A DNA stretch of 64,000 nt from Malacoraja senta (GCA_038087875.1 CM075991.1:3782001-3846000); one strand, 5' to 3'; shown: positions 49,067 through 63,117, counted from the stretch's first letter. The notes: generated by a model not told the origin, from the sequence alone. Numbers and translations are program-made.

Positions 49067-49339
49067 TACTGATTTTAGATGATCAGCCATGATCATATTG
49101 AATGGCGGCGCTGGTTCGAAGGACCGAATGGCCTACTCCTGCACCTAGTTTTCGATGCTTCTATGTTTTTATGATATGCTAACCCATTCATTCCTGGACT
49201 CATGCTTGTATCTATATGTATGCTTCTATCAATGTACATAATACATATTCTTGTGTACATATTTAAGTGTGCGTGTTATACACATTTTCTACAAAGAGTG
49301 TGTGCCTTTAAATAGCAGCTGACACATAGTCTCAGCGGT

Positions 49340-49572
49340 GCCCTCCTCTAGTCCTCGTTCATTGGTCGTTCGGCGTCACCGTTACAGGCAGCGTTGCCTG
49401 TCGTCTGCTGCATTGATTGCCCGCCTGGCTCATCAATCACCTGCAACGCGCCCGGCCCCCGCTGTCCGTTTAAAAGGAGCCGGGGCTATGGCTTGGAATT
49501 CTTGAAGCAACTTCTCGCCGAGGTGCGACTGCTGGCTCGGCGCATCGAAAGAATAAAGAGGCTTCGAACCAG
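49340..49572 (+). promoter_or_regulatory. CpG-rich promoter and non-coding first exon of the RASSF2-type gene (donor at 49573)
   Basis: ATTGG, CGTCA half-CRE, GC-rich tract, TTTAAAA at ~49469, then CAG|GTAATA donor; upstream of the first coding exon on the same strand. Confidence 0.55.
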
Positions 49573-50306
49573 GTAATAACAGACGTGGGTCTCCCTGCTG
49601 ACGCTCGGATTAAACTGTAGGACTGATGTATCTTTCGCTGAAGTCTGGACCCAGGAGGAAAAGTGAACGCGCAGTAATGTCACGGGTTTCCCTGTGAAAT
49701 TAACATCTCTGTGTCTCCACCAGCTTCACGTTGCTCTCGGAAATGGGGAGCTCCCGTTGCAAAGAGACTTATTGCTTTCTTAAAATTGTCGTGGATTTGT
49801 ATGTTAAACAACTGCAGCTGACTCGCTCTGCAGTAAATACCAAGGGTGGTTTTAATTTAGGTTTGGGGTGGAGGGAGGAAGAGTTAACCGTTCAGTAACC
49901 AGTTCCGATCCTGATGCTCTCTCCTCTCCTGCTTTGTGGAGCTGAGGTTACCGGAGGTTGTCCGTTGCCCAAGGGTTGCACAGTACTGGCAGCGGAACAA
50001 TACAGTTCTTGCTCGCTGCGGCTTAAACAGGCCCGCGAACGCAACACACGAAAACGCACAAATAATATATGTAATAATTCTGGAGGAAAAAAAAAATCAA
50101 TAAACGAATACTGGTGCCAAAAAAACAAACAAAAACTGCCCCGCTGTGCTGGGGCGAAGAGGCAGAGAGCTGAGGATCTAGGCACATGGACATTTTAAGG
50201 GAACATTCTTTGAGCCCACCAAGGTCCCAGTTTAAAAATAAAGTGCTGTCTTTTAAAAAAATAAAAATAAAAATGAACTAACTGGCTGTTTGTGTTGGTG
50301 AAGTTT

Positions 50307-50339
<33 letters not shown>

Positions 50340-51533
50340 GCAGCAGCTGCACATTTGCATCTTGCCTGCTGTCCGGCTCAGACCACACTGACTCCGTGGG
50401 GAGGAGGGGGCATTGTGGTGGTGCCGACGCCGCTGACAGCTGAGCGGCGGTCCCTGACATTGTGAGGCAGTACTTCGGGCACAGAAGGGCCTCTGGTGAT
50501 TGGAAAGAGGAGGCACCCAAAACATCCAGCCCACTGCGCCCTTGAAAGGTGGCGAGTTACTCCAGCACTTTGTGTCTTTATTTTTTGTCTGCCTGCATCT
50601 GCACGTTCGAGTCGTGTTCCTGACCCGTTGTTGGTATTGGTTGCAAGCCACATTCGGATGCCGATTGTTGGATCGAGTGTAAAGAAGGGGCCCGACCCGA
50701 ATCGTCACCAATCCATGTCCTCCAGAGATGCTGCCTGACCCGCTGAGTTACTCCAGCACTTTGTGTCGAAAACAATACCTTTATTTCTACACTGATTTTA
50801 CTAATGAGTCTAAATAAGTCTGGCCCTAAACGTCCTCTGTCCATTTCCTCCAGAGAAATTACCTGAATCACCAAGTTCCTCCAGCACTTTGCTTTTTTAT
50901 TTCACGATTCCAGCATCTGCAGTTAGTTCACGGAGACATGGCTCCAGGGTGACCAAGGCTGGGAGCTGAACATCCAGGGATATTCAATATTCAGGAGGGA
51001 TAGGGAGAAAGGAAAAGGAGGTGGAGTAGCGTTGCTGATTAGAGAGGAGATTAACGCAATGGAAAGGAAGGTTGAAAAAAAACTTAAGGGTAAGGGGGAA
51101 ATCCTTTAAAACCGAGATAAGAAGAACTTTTTTCACACAGTGGTGAATCTCTGGAACTCTCTGCCACAGAGGGTAGTCGAGGCCAGTTCATTGGCTATAT
51201 TTAAGAGGGAGTTAGGTGTGGCCCTTGTGGCTAAAGAGATCAGAGGGTATGGAGAGAAGGCAGGTACGGGATACTGAGTTGGATGATCAGCCATGATCAT
51301 ATTGAATGGCGGTGCAGGCTCGAAGGGCCGAATGGCCTACTCCTGCACCTAATTTCTATGTTTCTATGTTTTTCTTCCATCCACACCTCTGCACTGAGGA
51401 TCCCAATATTGCTGGTGTAACTTGATGGGTCAGGCAGCACCCTGGAGAACATGCATAGGTGACATTTTAGGTCAGGATTCTTCAGACTGAAGGATCAAGT
51501 GAGCTTTCCTGATCACTGGTTATGGAGTAGGCA

Positions 51534-52280
51534 ACTTGTCGCTTTACCTCTTTTCGCCACCTCCAACGTGACTCCACCACTTGCCACATCTTCCCATCTT
51601 CCCCCCCGGTCTGCTTTCCACAAAGACCGTTCCCTCCGTAACTTCCTTGTCAATTCTTCCCTTCCCTCCCGCACCACCCCCTCCCCGGGCACTTTCCCTT
51701 GCAACTGCAAGAGATGCTACACTTGTCGCTTTACCTCCCCCCTCGACTCCATTCAAGGAACCAAGCAGTCGTTCCAGGTGCGACAGAGGTTCGCCTGCAC
51801 CTCCTCCAACATCTTCTATTGCATCCGCTGCTCTAGATGTCAGCTGATCTACATCGGGGAGACCAAGCGTAGGCTTGGCGATCGTTTCGCCGAACACCTC
51901 CGCTCAGTCCGCATTAACCAACCTGAACTCCCGGTGGCTCAGTACTTCAACTCACCCTTCCATTCTAAATCCGACCTCTCTGCCCTGGGCCTCCTCCATG
52001 GCCAGAGTTAGCACCACTGGAAATTGGAGGAGCAACACCTCATATTCCGCTTGGGCAGTCTGCACCCTAGCAGCATAAACATTGAATTCTCCAATTTCCG
52101 GTAGCCCTTGCTGTCTCCTCCCCTTCTCAGCCATCGGGCTCCTTTTCCTTTTTCCTTTCTTCTCCACCCCCCCCACCCTCCATCAGTCTGAAGAAGGGTT
52201 TCGCCCAAAAAGTTGCCTATTTCCTTCGCTCAATAGATGCTGCTGCACCTGCTGAGTTTCTCCAGCACTTTTGTCTACCA
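51534..52280 (+). mobile_element. Penelope-like element 3' fragment (GIY-YIG plus pLTR)
   Basis: ORF 51499-52011 GTFPCNCKRCYTC...NIFYCIRCSRCQLIYIGETKRRLGDRFAEH; ends in the pLTR sequence. Confidence 0.9.
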
Positions 52281-55200
52281 ACAGTGGTTATAGTCATATT
52301 GTTCACCTCTGTGCTACATCCCCAAACATATGATCCTTCCCCTTGCCCTCCAAGCATTCATAGAAATACCATCAATCCTTGCCTTGTCTATATATTGCAG
52401 GTCCCTACTTATACGCAATGTGGAAGCACCAACAATGGCTCGCCTTCTCAAGGGCAATGAGGTGTGGGTAGTAAATACTGACCTTGTTCTTTCTGAAAGC
52501 AGGTTAAAATAACATAGGCGTGAAAGTTAATTTGGTTTATTAAGGCTAGATCACAGAGTCAGCAGCTCGCACTCTCCCACACAGAATAGATCAGTGCACT
52601 CATTGAATGCAAGTCCACACTAATCAATAGGGACAAAACAGCAGAAAAAACTGGCTGCCTGCAATGTATAATGATGCCTTGTGTTCAGGCAAGGATTTCA
52701 ATGTGATTCAATGTCGGGCAAAAAAATGACAAATGACTTTGGGGATTCCAGCCATCAGTCGGTCCCACTCCCCCACCCTCGAGACTCTTGCTGTCTCATT
52801 TCAATGTCGTCTGATAGGCAGTGTTTGCTCAATTAATTCTGTTCCACCGAGCTGACTTTTGGGGAGGGGAGAGGGGGATTGAGTGGTTCTGCTTTAAGGG
52901 GAAGAACACAGTCCTCTGAAAGTGCCTGGCAGATTGGGCTGGGAGTCAGCACTGCTAAGATAGGCTCATTCTCAGAGTCTGTGGAGGACGTGTCTTGGCT
53001 CGAATACCAGACGCAGCTGGGACAACGGATTACAACAGCAGTCGAGCAACAGCAGTGAGGCAAGGTCGACCGTTTCCCTTAAATCATCAGAAGATGTTTG
53101 GCAAATGAGGATCTGAAAGCGTTGAACATTTGTCCATCTCAAACCAACTGCAAGGCTGCCACTGGGTTTGAGCTCCCCCACCCCCCTTGCCATTTGTTCT
53201 TCCTTTTTCCAAACTAATTTCTGTTTCCTTTAGTCTGGGTTGTGTGGTCTGCATAAGTCTTCCAGCCACGGCAGCACAGGGAAGCAAAGTGTCTCTGTTA
53301 CTGGATTTGCAGAGGGTTGGGCAAATGAGCTAGGGTTTAAATCTCCACAAAAGCTGGAAAATTCAGATAGTTTAAAAACCTTTTTTTATAGAAACACACA
53401 ATCTGGAATATAAGTATTGGTAACCGTAGCCGTGAGACAACTAGATCATCTCCAGAATACATCTGGTTTGCACATGTCCTTCATGGAAGGAAATCTGCTA
53501 TTCCTTTTATGTGACTGCTGGCCCAGAGCAATGAAATGGGTCCTGGCAACTCATTCTGTCCAAGGGACTTGGGGACAGTCAATAAGAGCTGAAGATAGAT
53601 GCAAAATGCTGGAGGAACGCAGCAGGACAGGCAGCATCTATGGAGAGAAGGAATGGGTGACTCTTCGGGTCGAAACCCTTCATCAGACAGAGGAGGGACA
53701 ATAAGAGCTGGGCTGGTTAGCAATGTCCATTTCCCTTTCATGGGTAGCTGTCGGCAGATTAGGCCTGCTCTGCGTTTATCTTTTGTGTGGGTTTTGACGA
53801 GGTTGTCATGGGATGGCATCTTGGCCATGCGCTGCATTAGTTCAACACCCAACTTTTGCAGCATCCAAAGAACTGCTCTTGCTGCGGCAAGGGACAGGGG
53901 GCTGAACTGACTTGTGTCAATACTTTTGCCCTACATGAGAACAAAGAGAAAAATACCAGAGTGCAGAATATAGTGCTCGAACATTGTAGTTTTACAGTTA
54001 CTGCAAAGAGCAGATTAAAAACAAAATCACAAGGGCCACTTTGAGGTAGGTTGAAAGATCAAGACTACACCCGAAGCTTATGAGAGGGGTGTTGCTAGTA
54101 GGAGAAAAGCTGTTCTGTAATCTGGTGGTATGTTTACAAGCTTTTGTATCTACTGCCCAATGAGAGAGTAGTGGAAGAAGAAATAACAATATATTTAAGC
54201 CAAAATCAATATTAAGGCAACAGATTGTTATTATACTTGGTTGAGTTTAGAAATGCAGCATGGAAACAGGCCCTTCAGCCCACCGAGGCTACACTGACCA
54301 GCGGTAACCCACACATTAGTTCCGTCCTACACAATTTACAGAAGCCAATTAACCCATAAACCTGCACGTCTTTCGAGAGTGGGAGCAAAGCAGAATACCC
54401 GGAGAAAACACGCATGGTCACGGGGAAAATGCACAAAGTCTGTACAGACACCACCTGTGGTTAGGATCGAACCCAGTTGCTGGTCATGTAGTAAAATGTC
54501 TCCTTGACAAAGATCTATAGGCAACAGGAAGTGCAAAGCCATTGTGGAGAGATAACTAGCCTGGATTATTTTACTTGTAAGGTTTATGACTGTATGGCAC
54601 TTGCTCTCAAAATCCCAAAACAGCAGCTGCTGGAAATCTGAAACCCAAACTGAAAATGGCATGTCGGGCAGCACCTGTGGAATTAGAAATGGTTAATATT
54701 TCTGGCTGAGTGCACTTTGTCCTCAAAAGTTACCCTGGTTTCCCTTTCCATAAGTACTGCCTGACCTGCAGAGTGCTTCCAGCATTCTGTTGCTCCAATC
54801 TGACATGTCTAGTTTCGTGCTTCTGACCCAAATTTGCAGGATCATGTCCTGCTCACAGCACTTGAGCACCCAAACCTGGCCGTGATAGAAAGGGGTGGCT
54901 GCACTGTAAGATATACTGTGTTGTGTAGGAAGGAACTGCAGATGCTGGTTTACATCGAAGATAGACACAGCGGGACAGGCAACATCCCTGGATAGATGGA
55001 GTGGGTGAAATTTCGGGTCGAGACCCTTCTGAAAAAGGGTCTGGAACTGGAATTTCATCCATCCAGAGATACTATGTTGTTTGACATCCTGTCTGCAGAT
55101 ATCTGCATTCAAGGGCAGTGGCATTTAAGGGACATTTTGGATATGGAGGGAAATGGATCACATACAGAGAGATAAGTGTTGATCTTGATATCATGTTTGG

Positions 55201-55465
55201 CACAGAAGTTGAATGTGCAAACTCCACTGATAATGTCATTGGTCCATTGAGCAGTACAATGTGGGGCTGAGGGTGAAAGGAAAGGTTGGTGCTGGCTAAA
55301 ATGGAGATCTTCAACAATGGTATCGGCTCTTGGAACACTCGTTCAGAGTTGTGATATTCGGAGACGAAATTCACCCTGGCAGAGACCTGGGGCATTGTGC
55401 CCACCATTGTTTCCATCTTCTCAAAGTGCCATCTTTTCTGTCTTTCTCCCCAGAGCCTGCTCGTG

Positions 55466-55527
55466 ATGACAGTCCCACCCATGATGGAGGATCCTGTTCA
55501 GATAGGGGAGGACAAGTACATTCCCAA
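55466..55527 (+). CDS. RASSF2: Ras association domain family member 2-type, first coding exon (exon starts 55454)
   Basis: cccag| ... MTVPPMMEDPVQIGEDKYIP aa|gtgagt; resembles the RASSF2 N-terminus (GQDKYISK); phase 2 fits the next exon. Confidence 0.85.
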
Positions 55528-55647
55528 GTGAGTCTCCTGGGCAGAGAGTTGGATTAATGCTTACTGACCACGTGTTGCAGCCATTGTGTATGTGGTGGTT
55601 GAACGAACAGAGGTTGTGGATGGAATGTTAATCACCAGGGGCGTCAG

Positions 55648-56476
55648 ATGATGGCAGCCTCTGTCTACAGTCTGTCTGTTATTTCGTCTTTTTGTTATTT
55701 TTAGTCTGTTTAAAAGTATGTTTTAGGAGGTTTCTTAGTGTTTTTATGTGGGGGAGGTGGGGAGGGTAAGGGGGAAACCGTTTCTCAGTCACTTCCTGGT
55801 CAAGGATGCGTCTATTCTCCGAGTCGCATCTTCGCGCCTCCTCCCCCCCCCCCCCGCGGCCTACCATCTGAATTGGCGCGGCCTTTCCTGCCGGAGACCA
55901 ACCAGAGCTTCAGCAGCGGGCGCAGCACTGATTTACCATCGCGGAGCGGGCGATGCCTTAATGGGGATCGCCGTGTTGAAGCTCCGGGAGTGTTGGGCCT
56001 GCTGCTTTAACATCGTGGAGCTGTGGTTGTGGAGCTTCCAGCCGCGGGCGGCGCTGACTTTAACATCGCGCCGTCCTGGGATCCCTTTGCTGAGGGCCGC
56101 CGGTGTTGAATCTCCGCCCAGCTCGGCCTGTAGACTTCGGGAGCCGCGGTAAGAAGTGGCCGATTCGGAAACTCCAAACCGCTGAAAATGTTCTTCCGTT
56201 CGGACGTCGGAGTTCCGATCATCCCAGCGAGAGGGCCTGAACATCGGGCCGCCGTAGCGGTGACTGCAGAGGGCTCAAAAGGCTCTGATCGCGGGTGAAC
56301 AAAGGGGAAGATGACTGAACTTTATTGCCTTCCCTCACAGTGGGAAACGTTGATTCCACTGTGTGGGGATGTTCGTGTTAAATTCTATCCTGTGTTGTGT
56401 TTTATTCGTATGGCTGCATGGTAACTCAAATCTCGCTGTACCAATTGGTGCATATGACAATAAATGTAACTTGAAC
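55648..56476 (+). mobile_element. Unclassified GC-rich interspersed element with LINE-like 3' tail
   Basis: Sharp CpG-rich island in the intron ending in ...CATATGACAATAAATGTAACTTGAAC, similar to the Rex1-type tails in the window; no TSD seen. Confidence 0.4.
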
Positions 56477-59400
56477 ATAATTAACAGGACTGCTTTACCC
56501 TGGGTGGTGTTGAGCTGAGCCTGACTGTGACAGTTGCCCCTACCAAGTATCTGGATGGACATCCATAACTGGGAATCATCTCCGCCCCAGCTAATGTAAG
56601 ATTGTTTCCTTGAATTGGAGGGATTAAGAGGTGAGGTCTCGGTCTCTCACTGAGAAAGATATGTCCCTCACAGTTGCAATGAAGAGAAACCCCTCTGTTT
56701 CTTAAAATGCCTTGTTTGTAATCTTAAGAAAAGTCTTCTTGTAGAAAAGTGCATTATGAAGACAAGAGGGGGGGGGGGGGGGTTGGAAGAAGAGTTGGGG
56801 CTGGACTATCGGATTCAAAATAACAACAAAACAATTCCAGCAAGATTTTCAAAATTAAATATGTTGGACAGAACTGCAGATGCTGGTTAAATCAAAGGGA
56901 GACACAAAAGCTGCCGTGCTCAGGGGGCCAGGCATCATCTCTGGAGAGAAGGAATTGGTGATGTTTCGGGTCGAGACCCTTTCTCAGACTGATGTCAGGG
57001 GAGGGGGTGGGACAAAGATAGAATGTAGATACACACAGTAAGACTAGTGGGCAAATTGGAGGAACAGTACCTCGTATTTTGCTTGAGTAGTTTACACCCC
57101 AGCGTATGAACGTTGACTTCTCTCACTTCAGATAGACCTTGCTTTCTCTCTCCTGCCCCCTCCCATTCTCCCACTAGTCTTACTGTCTCCAAAATTCTGA
57201 CGGGCATACTATTGATTAACAACTTTAGACTTTACTTTGGATACAGTGCAGAAAAAGGCCATTCGGCCCACCGAGTCCACACTGATCTGCGATCCCTGTG
57301 TACTAGCACTTTCATACATACTAGGGACAACTTACAATTTTACTGAAGCCAATTAACCTACGAGCCTGCACGTCTTTGGAATGTGGGAGGAAACCGGATC
57401 AGCCAGGGGAAACCCACGCGGTCACATGGAGAACGTGCAAACTCCGTACAGAGAGCACCTGTATTCGGGATTGAACCTGGGTCTCTGGCGTCGTAGGTTG
57501 GAGCTCGGACCGTGTGGAGAGTGACCTCTCCCAGGCAGTGAACACTGAAGCGGAGGGGAGCAGCTGGCTCTTTGTTTAATTATAACCGGGTTAATGTCAT
57601 TGTTCAAGCTTCTCTGCTCTGGGACTTGTTTTCTGTGACAGTGCGGAACAGTTCCTTAAAGCAGAGTTTGCAGTTCCCCTTTTCATTCTGAGCTCACAGT
57701 GGTGTCTGTAATCACAGGCCTGTACTTTTGAATCATGAGCTCCGTGTGACAAGCCTTTGGAAAGTGCAGACTGAAAACTGATCAAGCAACTCCATAGGCT
57801 GCCCTTTGTCTGGTCCCTGACTCCATGGCAACAGCTGACATCAAAGCTTGTCCGTTTCTTCTTTAACAAATTCTTGAAACCACAGACCATTTGATATTCA
57901 TGCCTTGTAATCCTGACCTTTTTTTTGCGTGCCCATTTTTAGTTGTTGTACGACTGGTGGCTGCGTCTTTACTCCAAGCTTTGAAACTGCCTCCAAAAAC
58001 CATGGCAGCTTTCCTAATATTTCCTTAGTATCTGATTCTGCCCATTTGAAAAGTTTTCGATGCATTGTTGCTGTTTGAACTGTGACCCGTGTGGAATCGT
58101 GGAGTAGAATAACATTTGTTGTGCGACAGGAACAAGTGGTGTGAATGGGTGCAGAGGAGCACTGGGAATTGGTGACGTTGCTGTGGTGGGAAGACCACAA
58201 CTGTTTGTAGCTCAGCTGGAGTAAAGATATGTTTAACATGTAGAAGCAAAGAACTGCAGATGCCGGTTTATACCAAAGATAGCCACAAAGTGCTGGTGTA
58301 ACTAAGCGGGTCGGACAGCATCTCTGAAGAAAAAGGATGGGTGCTGTTTTTGCTGCCATTGCTGTTCCACCGTCATCCCTGCTAGGGTCCCTTTCCAGTC
58401 AACTTTGGCCAGCTCTTCCCTCGTGCCTCTGAGGTCCCCGTGCCCAGCTGCAATACTGACACATTCGATTTCATCTTCTCCCTCTCTCAAATTGCAGGTT
58501 AAATCTTGTATTGTGGTCACTACATCCTAGTGGTTCTTTACCTTGAGTTCCCTTGTCAAATTACACAACATTGCATTCAGAATTGCCTTTTCCCTGGTAG
58601 GCTTCACTACAAGCTGCTCAAAGAAACCATCGTGGAGGCACTCTACAAAATCCCTTTCTTGGGGTCCAGTACCAACCTGATCTTCACAGTCTACCAATGC
58701 CCACTGCAGCATTGCCTTTCTTGCATGCCATCGTCTGCAGAACTTATTTGCTTCCACCTATCACCTCCCAACCTCTGTCACTATTTCCACCCATCCCTCC
58801 TATCAGCCAATCAGCCAGTCCTCACCTGGATCCATTTGCACCTCCCCATTACTACTTTATACTGGCCATCTCCCCTCAGCTTGTTCAGTCCACATTAAGG
58901 GCCAGGACCCAAAATGTTGACTGTCCATTCCCCTCCACAAATGGTGCTTGCACATAGATCCATTCCTCCAGCCGGTATGGTTTTTGCTCTGGATGCATGT
59001 TCTGACCCAAAACGTTACTATTCCAGAGATGCTGCCTGATCTGCTGAGTTACTCCTATATTCTTGTCTTCAATGGGCTGGCAGTGGGTATGCAATTTGTT
59101 TGCTCTTGCTGCATTCAAGGCACCACATGAATATAATGTGTTATTGTCTGAGCTTGAACAAGACTACCCTGTCAACTCTACAGGCTAAATAATTGGATGC
59201 AGAGCAGTGTGTGCTGGATGTGCAAATCTTCTGTTCCCTTCTCTCCAGTGATGCTTCATGTTTTGAGTTAATCCAGCATTTTCTATCTACCTGTCTGTTC
59301 GCTTCTGCAGTCTCAGTTACATTGTGCTCTATGTTGTTAGTGGTGAAGCTGGGATGAGTGGTGCTCCACTTTGGGATGTAAAAGACAAAAGAACTGGCAG

Positions 59401-60172
59401 TGTGGAATAATGTTGGAGTGTTGTTGAGGTGATGGAGGTGAAGGTATGAATAGTTTTAAAATTGGGGGTGAATGTTGAAATAGAAGCATTTCCGAGACCG
59501 TATTTGGTGTCATCAGGAGACTCGGGGGTCCATGGGGAAATGGGTCTGACACTGACAATTAAAGGGGTACATCTCCAATGATGCTGTCTCTATCCAAGCC
59601 TCTGGTTGTCCCAAAGTACTATCCAAGCACTGAAGCTTCTTGTTATAATGTAATACATCACCCAAGTTGGACAGTGCAAGCATTGGCATAATAATTCAAT
59701 AATGGCAAGCTTTCTGTTTTAATTGTGGTGCTGATTGGACAAATATTAGCCAGGGCACCAGGGTGGACTCTAGATATGTTCCGTGACAGTGTTATGATTT
59801 CATTTACTTTGTCCTGAGATGCTCACCAGGGCCACAACTTTGTTCCTCAGAGGCACTGGTGAAGGTGTAGCGTTCCCTCTGTTCTGCACAGTTAATGCCT
59901 GGTCTCTGGCGAGTGACATCACTCTTGGCTGGGAGGCTGGCACCTGCTGAGACCTCTGCTGTGAGACGGTGGTAGTGCCCAATGGTATGAACACTGAATT
60001 CTCCAACTTTGGGTAACTATCTTCACCACCCCCTCCTCCTTCTCTGTACATCCAATTCGTGGTCTTCACTCACAATCGTGATCATGAGGATATAACCACA
60101 AGATCTGGCACTGTAATTTAAAACCTAAGTTAATAACCAAATAAGGTTAAGGCTGTTTCTTCTCATTCCTAG

Positions 60173-60248
60173 GAAGGAGCTCCTGGGCCACTTGAAGATG
60201 TACAACTATTACCATGAGGGAAAGACAGCACAGCTTCGTCACAGGGAG
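60173..60248 (+). CDS. RASSF2: RASSF2-type coding exon 2
   Basis: tag|g KELLGHLKMYNYYHEGKTAQLRHRE|gtaagc. Confidence 0.93.
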
Positions 60249-62965
60249 GTAAGCTCTCCTCAGCAGGGTTTGCCTTCTCCCAGCTAACAATGGTCTATTC
60301 TACATTTTCCTTCATTGTATCTCTTTTTTATCTCTTACTTCTTTATCTCTGTAACTCCCTCTCCCCTGACGTTCAGTCTGAAGACGCGTCTCGACCCGAA
60401 ACGTCACCCGTTCCTTTTATCCAGAGATGTGCCTGTCCCGCTGAGTTACTCCAGCATTTGGTGTCTATCTGTAAATGCAAGGGTGACTGGATTGATGACA
60501 ATGAAGTGTGGTAGTTAACCTGCATGTGCACACTTGGTGAATCTTTGTACTTCATTCATTTAGTTTAGAGATACAGCATGGAAACAGACTTTCCGGCCCA
60601 CCGGGTTAGCGCCGATGAACAATCCCCATCCACTAACATTATCTTACACACTAGGAACAATTTACAATTTTACCAAACCAATAACCTTCAAACCTGTACA
60701 TCTTTTGAGTATGGGAAGAAACCAGAGCACCTGGAGAAAACCCACACAGGTCATGGGGAGAACGTACAAACTCCGTATAGACATCACCATTATCGGGATC
60801 AAACCCGCGTGTCTGGCGCTGCAAGGCAGCAACACGACCACTGCACCACCATGCTGCTTACTTGGCACTGCTGACAAGGCCAATATGGTCACCAATTCTT
60901 AAATTCCCTTGAAGTTTTGGTTAGTGAAGATCTTGAACATAGTCCTCCCAAGGGCAGCCTCACAAAGTGAGTGAGTGACTCGTAACTGTCTCATTGGCTC
61001 AGAGGGAACTGCGTTCACAGTGTGAATGGATATAGAACTGAAAATCGTCAAGCTGGTGGAATGGGAGTGGGGTGAGGGACGGTAATGCAATTTAATGCAT
61101 ATAAATGTGGTGTTAATTTGTTTCTTTGGGAAGCATAGAAGGGGGGAGGAACTAAAGGGCCCAATTCCAAATGGAGGTACAAGAGAGATCGTGGGATATA
61201 GAGGAGACAAAGCTGCAGATGTTAGGATCTTCAGCAAAACTAAAGTGCTGGAGGAACTCAGTGGGTTAGGTAGCATCTGTGGAGATAATGGACAGATTAC
61301 TGTTCTGTCATCAGTCCATTCCCTCCACAGATGCTGCCTGCTGAGTTCCTGAACACTTTGATTATTGAAAATGTGTTTTGATTTATTTTTAACCAATCTA
61401 CATATAGAAAGTAGGTTAAAGAGCACCTTGGCTGTGAGAATAGTGGCAAAAGCAAGTAAGTCATGGCTGTCCTTTATGAAATGCTGGTTTGGCTTCAACT
61501 GGGGTATTGTGCCCAGTTCAGGGCACCACACTTGGCCTCCTTCAGTGTTAAGCAAGGATCCAAGGAAAGGGTTACAGAGCGTGGCCAATGAATTGATGAA
61601 CTGAGCAACAAAAAAAAGGCTTCCTGTTCACTGTGCTGCTGACACGCATCTTGTGAATTTGTGGTGGTTTCTATTTTAAACGTGCTGCCTGTGGTGAAAA
61701 GCAGAACCAGCAGTTTCAAACCACTGACGACTTTGCCCAAACTTCTCAGATCCATGCTGCCTCGCCCACTGTGGGTATGAACCAGGCTACCAACTCTCCC
61801 ATCCTGGGCAGTCTCCCAGGCACCAGATTTTCCCTATTGCCTATTTTTATTTATTATATATGTTATTTGCCTATTTCCTTCGCATATTTCCGTTGTCTAT
61901 TTATTTCGCTCCATAGATGCTGCTGCACCCACTGAGTTTCTCCAGCACTTTTGTCTACCAGATTTCCCTCTCTTCCCCCCCCCCCTCCCCCCCTCCATGC
62001 TCTCACCCCCTTCCCAAATTACTACCTATGATGGTGACTTTAGCAATTCAACTCAGCAGCTCAGTGGTAAAGCTGCTGCCTCACAGCACTGGAGACCCAG
62101 GTTCGATCATGACCACAACTGCTGCCTGTGTGGAGTTTTCACATTCTCCCTGTGACTGCATGGGTTTTCTCTGGGTGCTCCAGTTTCCTCCTACATCTTA
62201 AAGACGTGCAGCTTTGTAGGTCAATTGACCTCTAAATTGCATTTGCTGTTTAGGGAGTGGGTGGAAAAAGTGGGATAACATAGTGTGAATGGTCAACGTG
62301 GACTTAGTGGGCCAAAGAGCTTGTTTTCACACTATATCTAACCTCCATCTATGCATTGAGTTGAGAAAACTGAGACACTCTTATTCTTGCAAAATCTTCT
62401 AGGAGCTTGCTGGAGTTGATCTGGAGACAATGTGTCAACACCATTCTCGTGCTGTCTTCCTGTAACCTTCAACGCCCTTGCTAATCATTAACCTATCAAT
62501 CTCCGCTTTAAAAATATCTTCTGACGTGGCCTCCACCACTGTTAGTAGCAATGAATTCCACAGTTTCTCCACCCTCTGGCAAAATAAATTCCTCTTCATT
62601 CTAAAGGTAATTTTAATCTGAGGCTGTGCCCTCTGGTACTAGACTCTACTGGGAATGTGGGCAAAAGTGGTGAAGAAACTCAGCGGGTGCAGCAGCATCT
62701 ATGGAGCGAAGGAAATAGGCAACGTTTCGGACCGAAACCCTTCTTCAGACTGATCTTTACTGGAAATATCCTCTCCGTATCCACTCTATCCAGTCCTTTC
62801 ATTATTTGGTAATTTTAAATGAGACCCCTCCCCCTCATCCTAAACTCTAGTGAGTACAGGCCCAGAGCCATCAAATGCTCCTAGTGCGTCAATCCAGGTG
62901 GGACAGGGTTGATTCTCTTAAACTGAGGATTGTGGAAACAAAGAATGTGTGCTCTTCACCTTCAG

Positions 62966-63117
62966 GAGGAGGAGGAGCTGATCATTGAGGGTCTCCTGAA
63001 CATCTCGTGGGGACTGAGGAGGCCAATCCGGTTACAGATGCAGGATGACAACGAGCGAATCCGACCGCCACCCTCTTCAACCTCCTGGCACTCTGGGTGC
63101 AGCGTGGAGACACAGAG
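62966..63117 (+). CDS. RASSF2: RASSF2-type coding exon 3
   Basis: cag|[50 protein letters not shown] ag|gtaggt; [18 protein letters not shown] is RASSF2-like rather than RASSF4-like. Confidence 0.95.

Noticed and set aside
52740..53290. Possible nested antisense DEPP1-like gene (DEPP1 is nested in human RASSF4)
   Set aside because: Only a faint HLPNI resemblance; frames are broken by stops and no DPLDWLF or LPVIHEL-type motifs are present.
57540..58230. Minus-strand ORFs of 97-153 aa in the RASSF2 intron
   Set aside because: No recognisable domain, and one begins inside repeats; more likely unique non-coding sequence.
60899..61588. 229-aa minus-strand ORF
   Set aside because: Crosses pLTR and CR1 remnants; no recognisable protein features.
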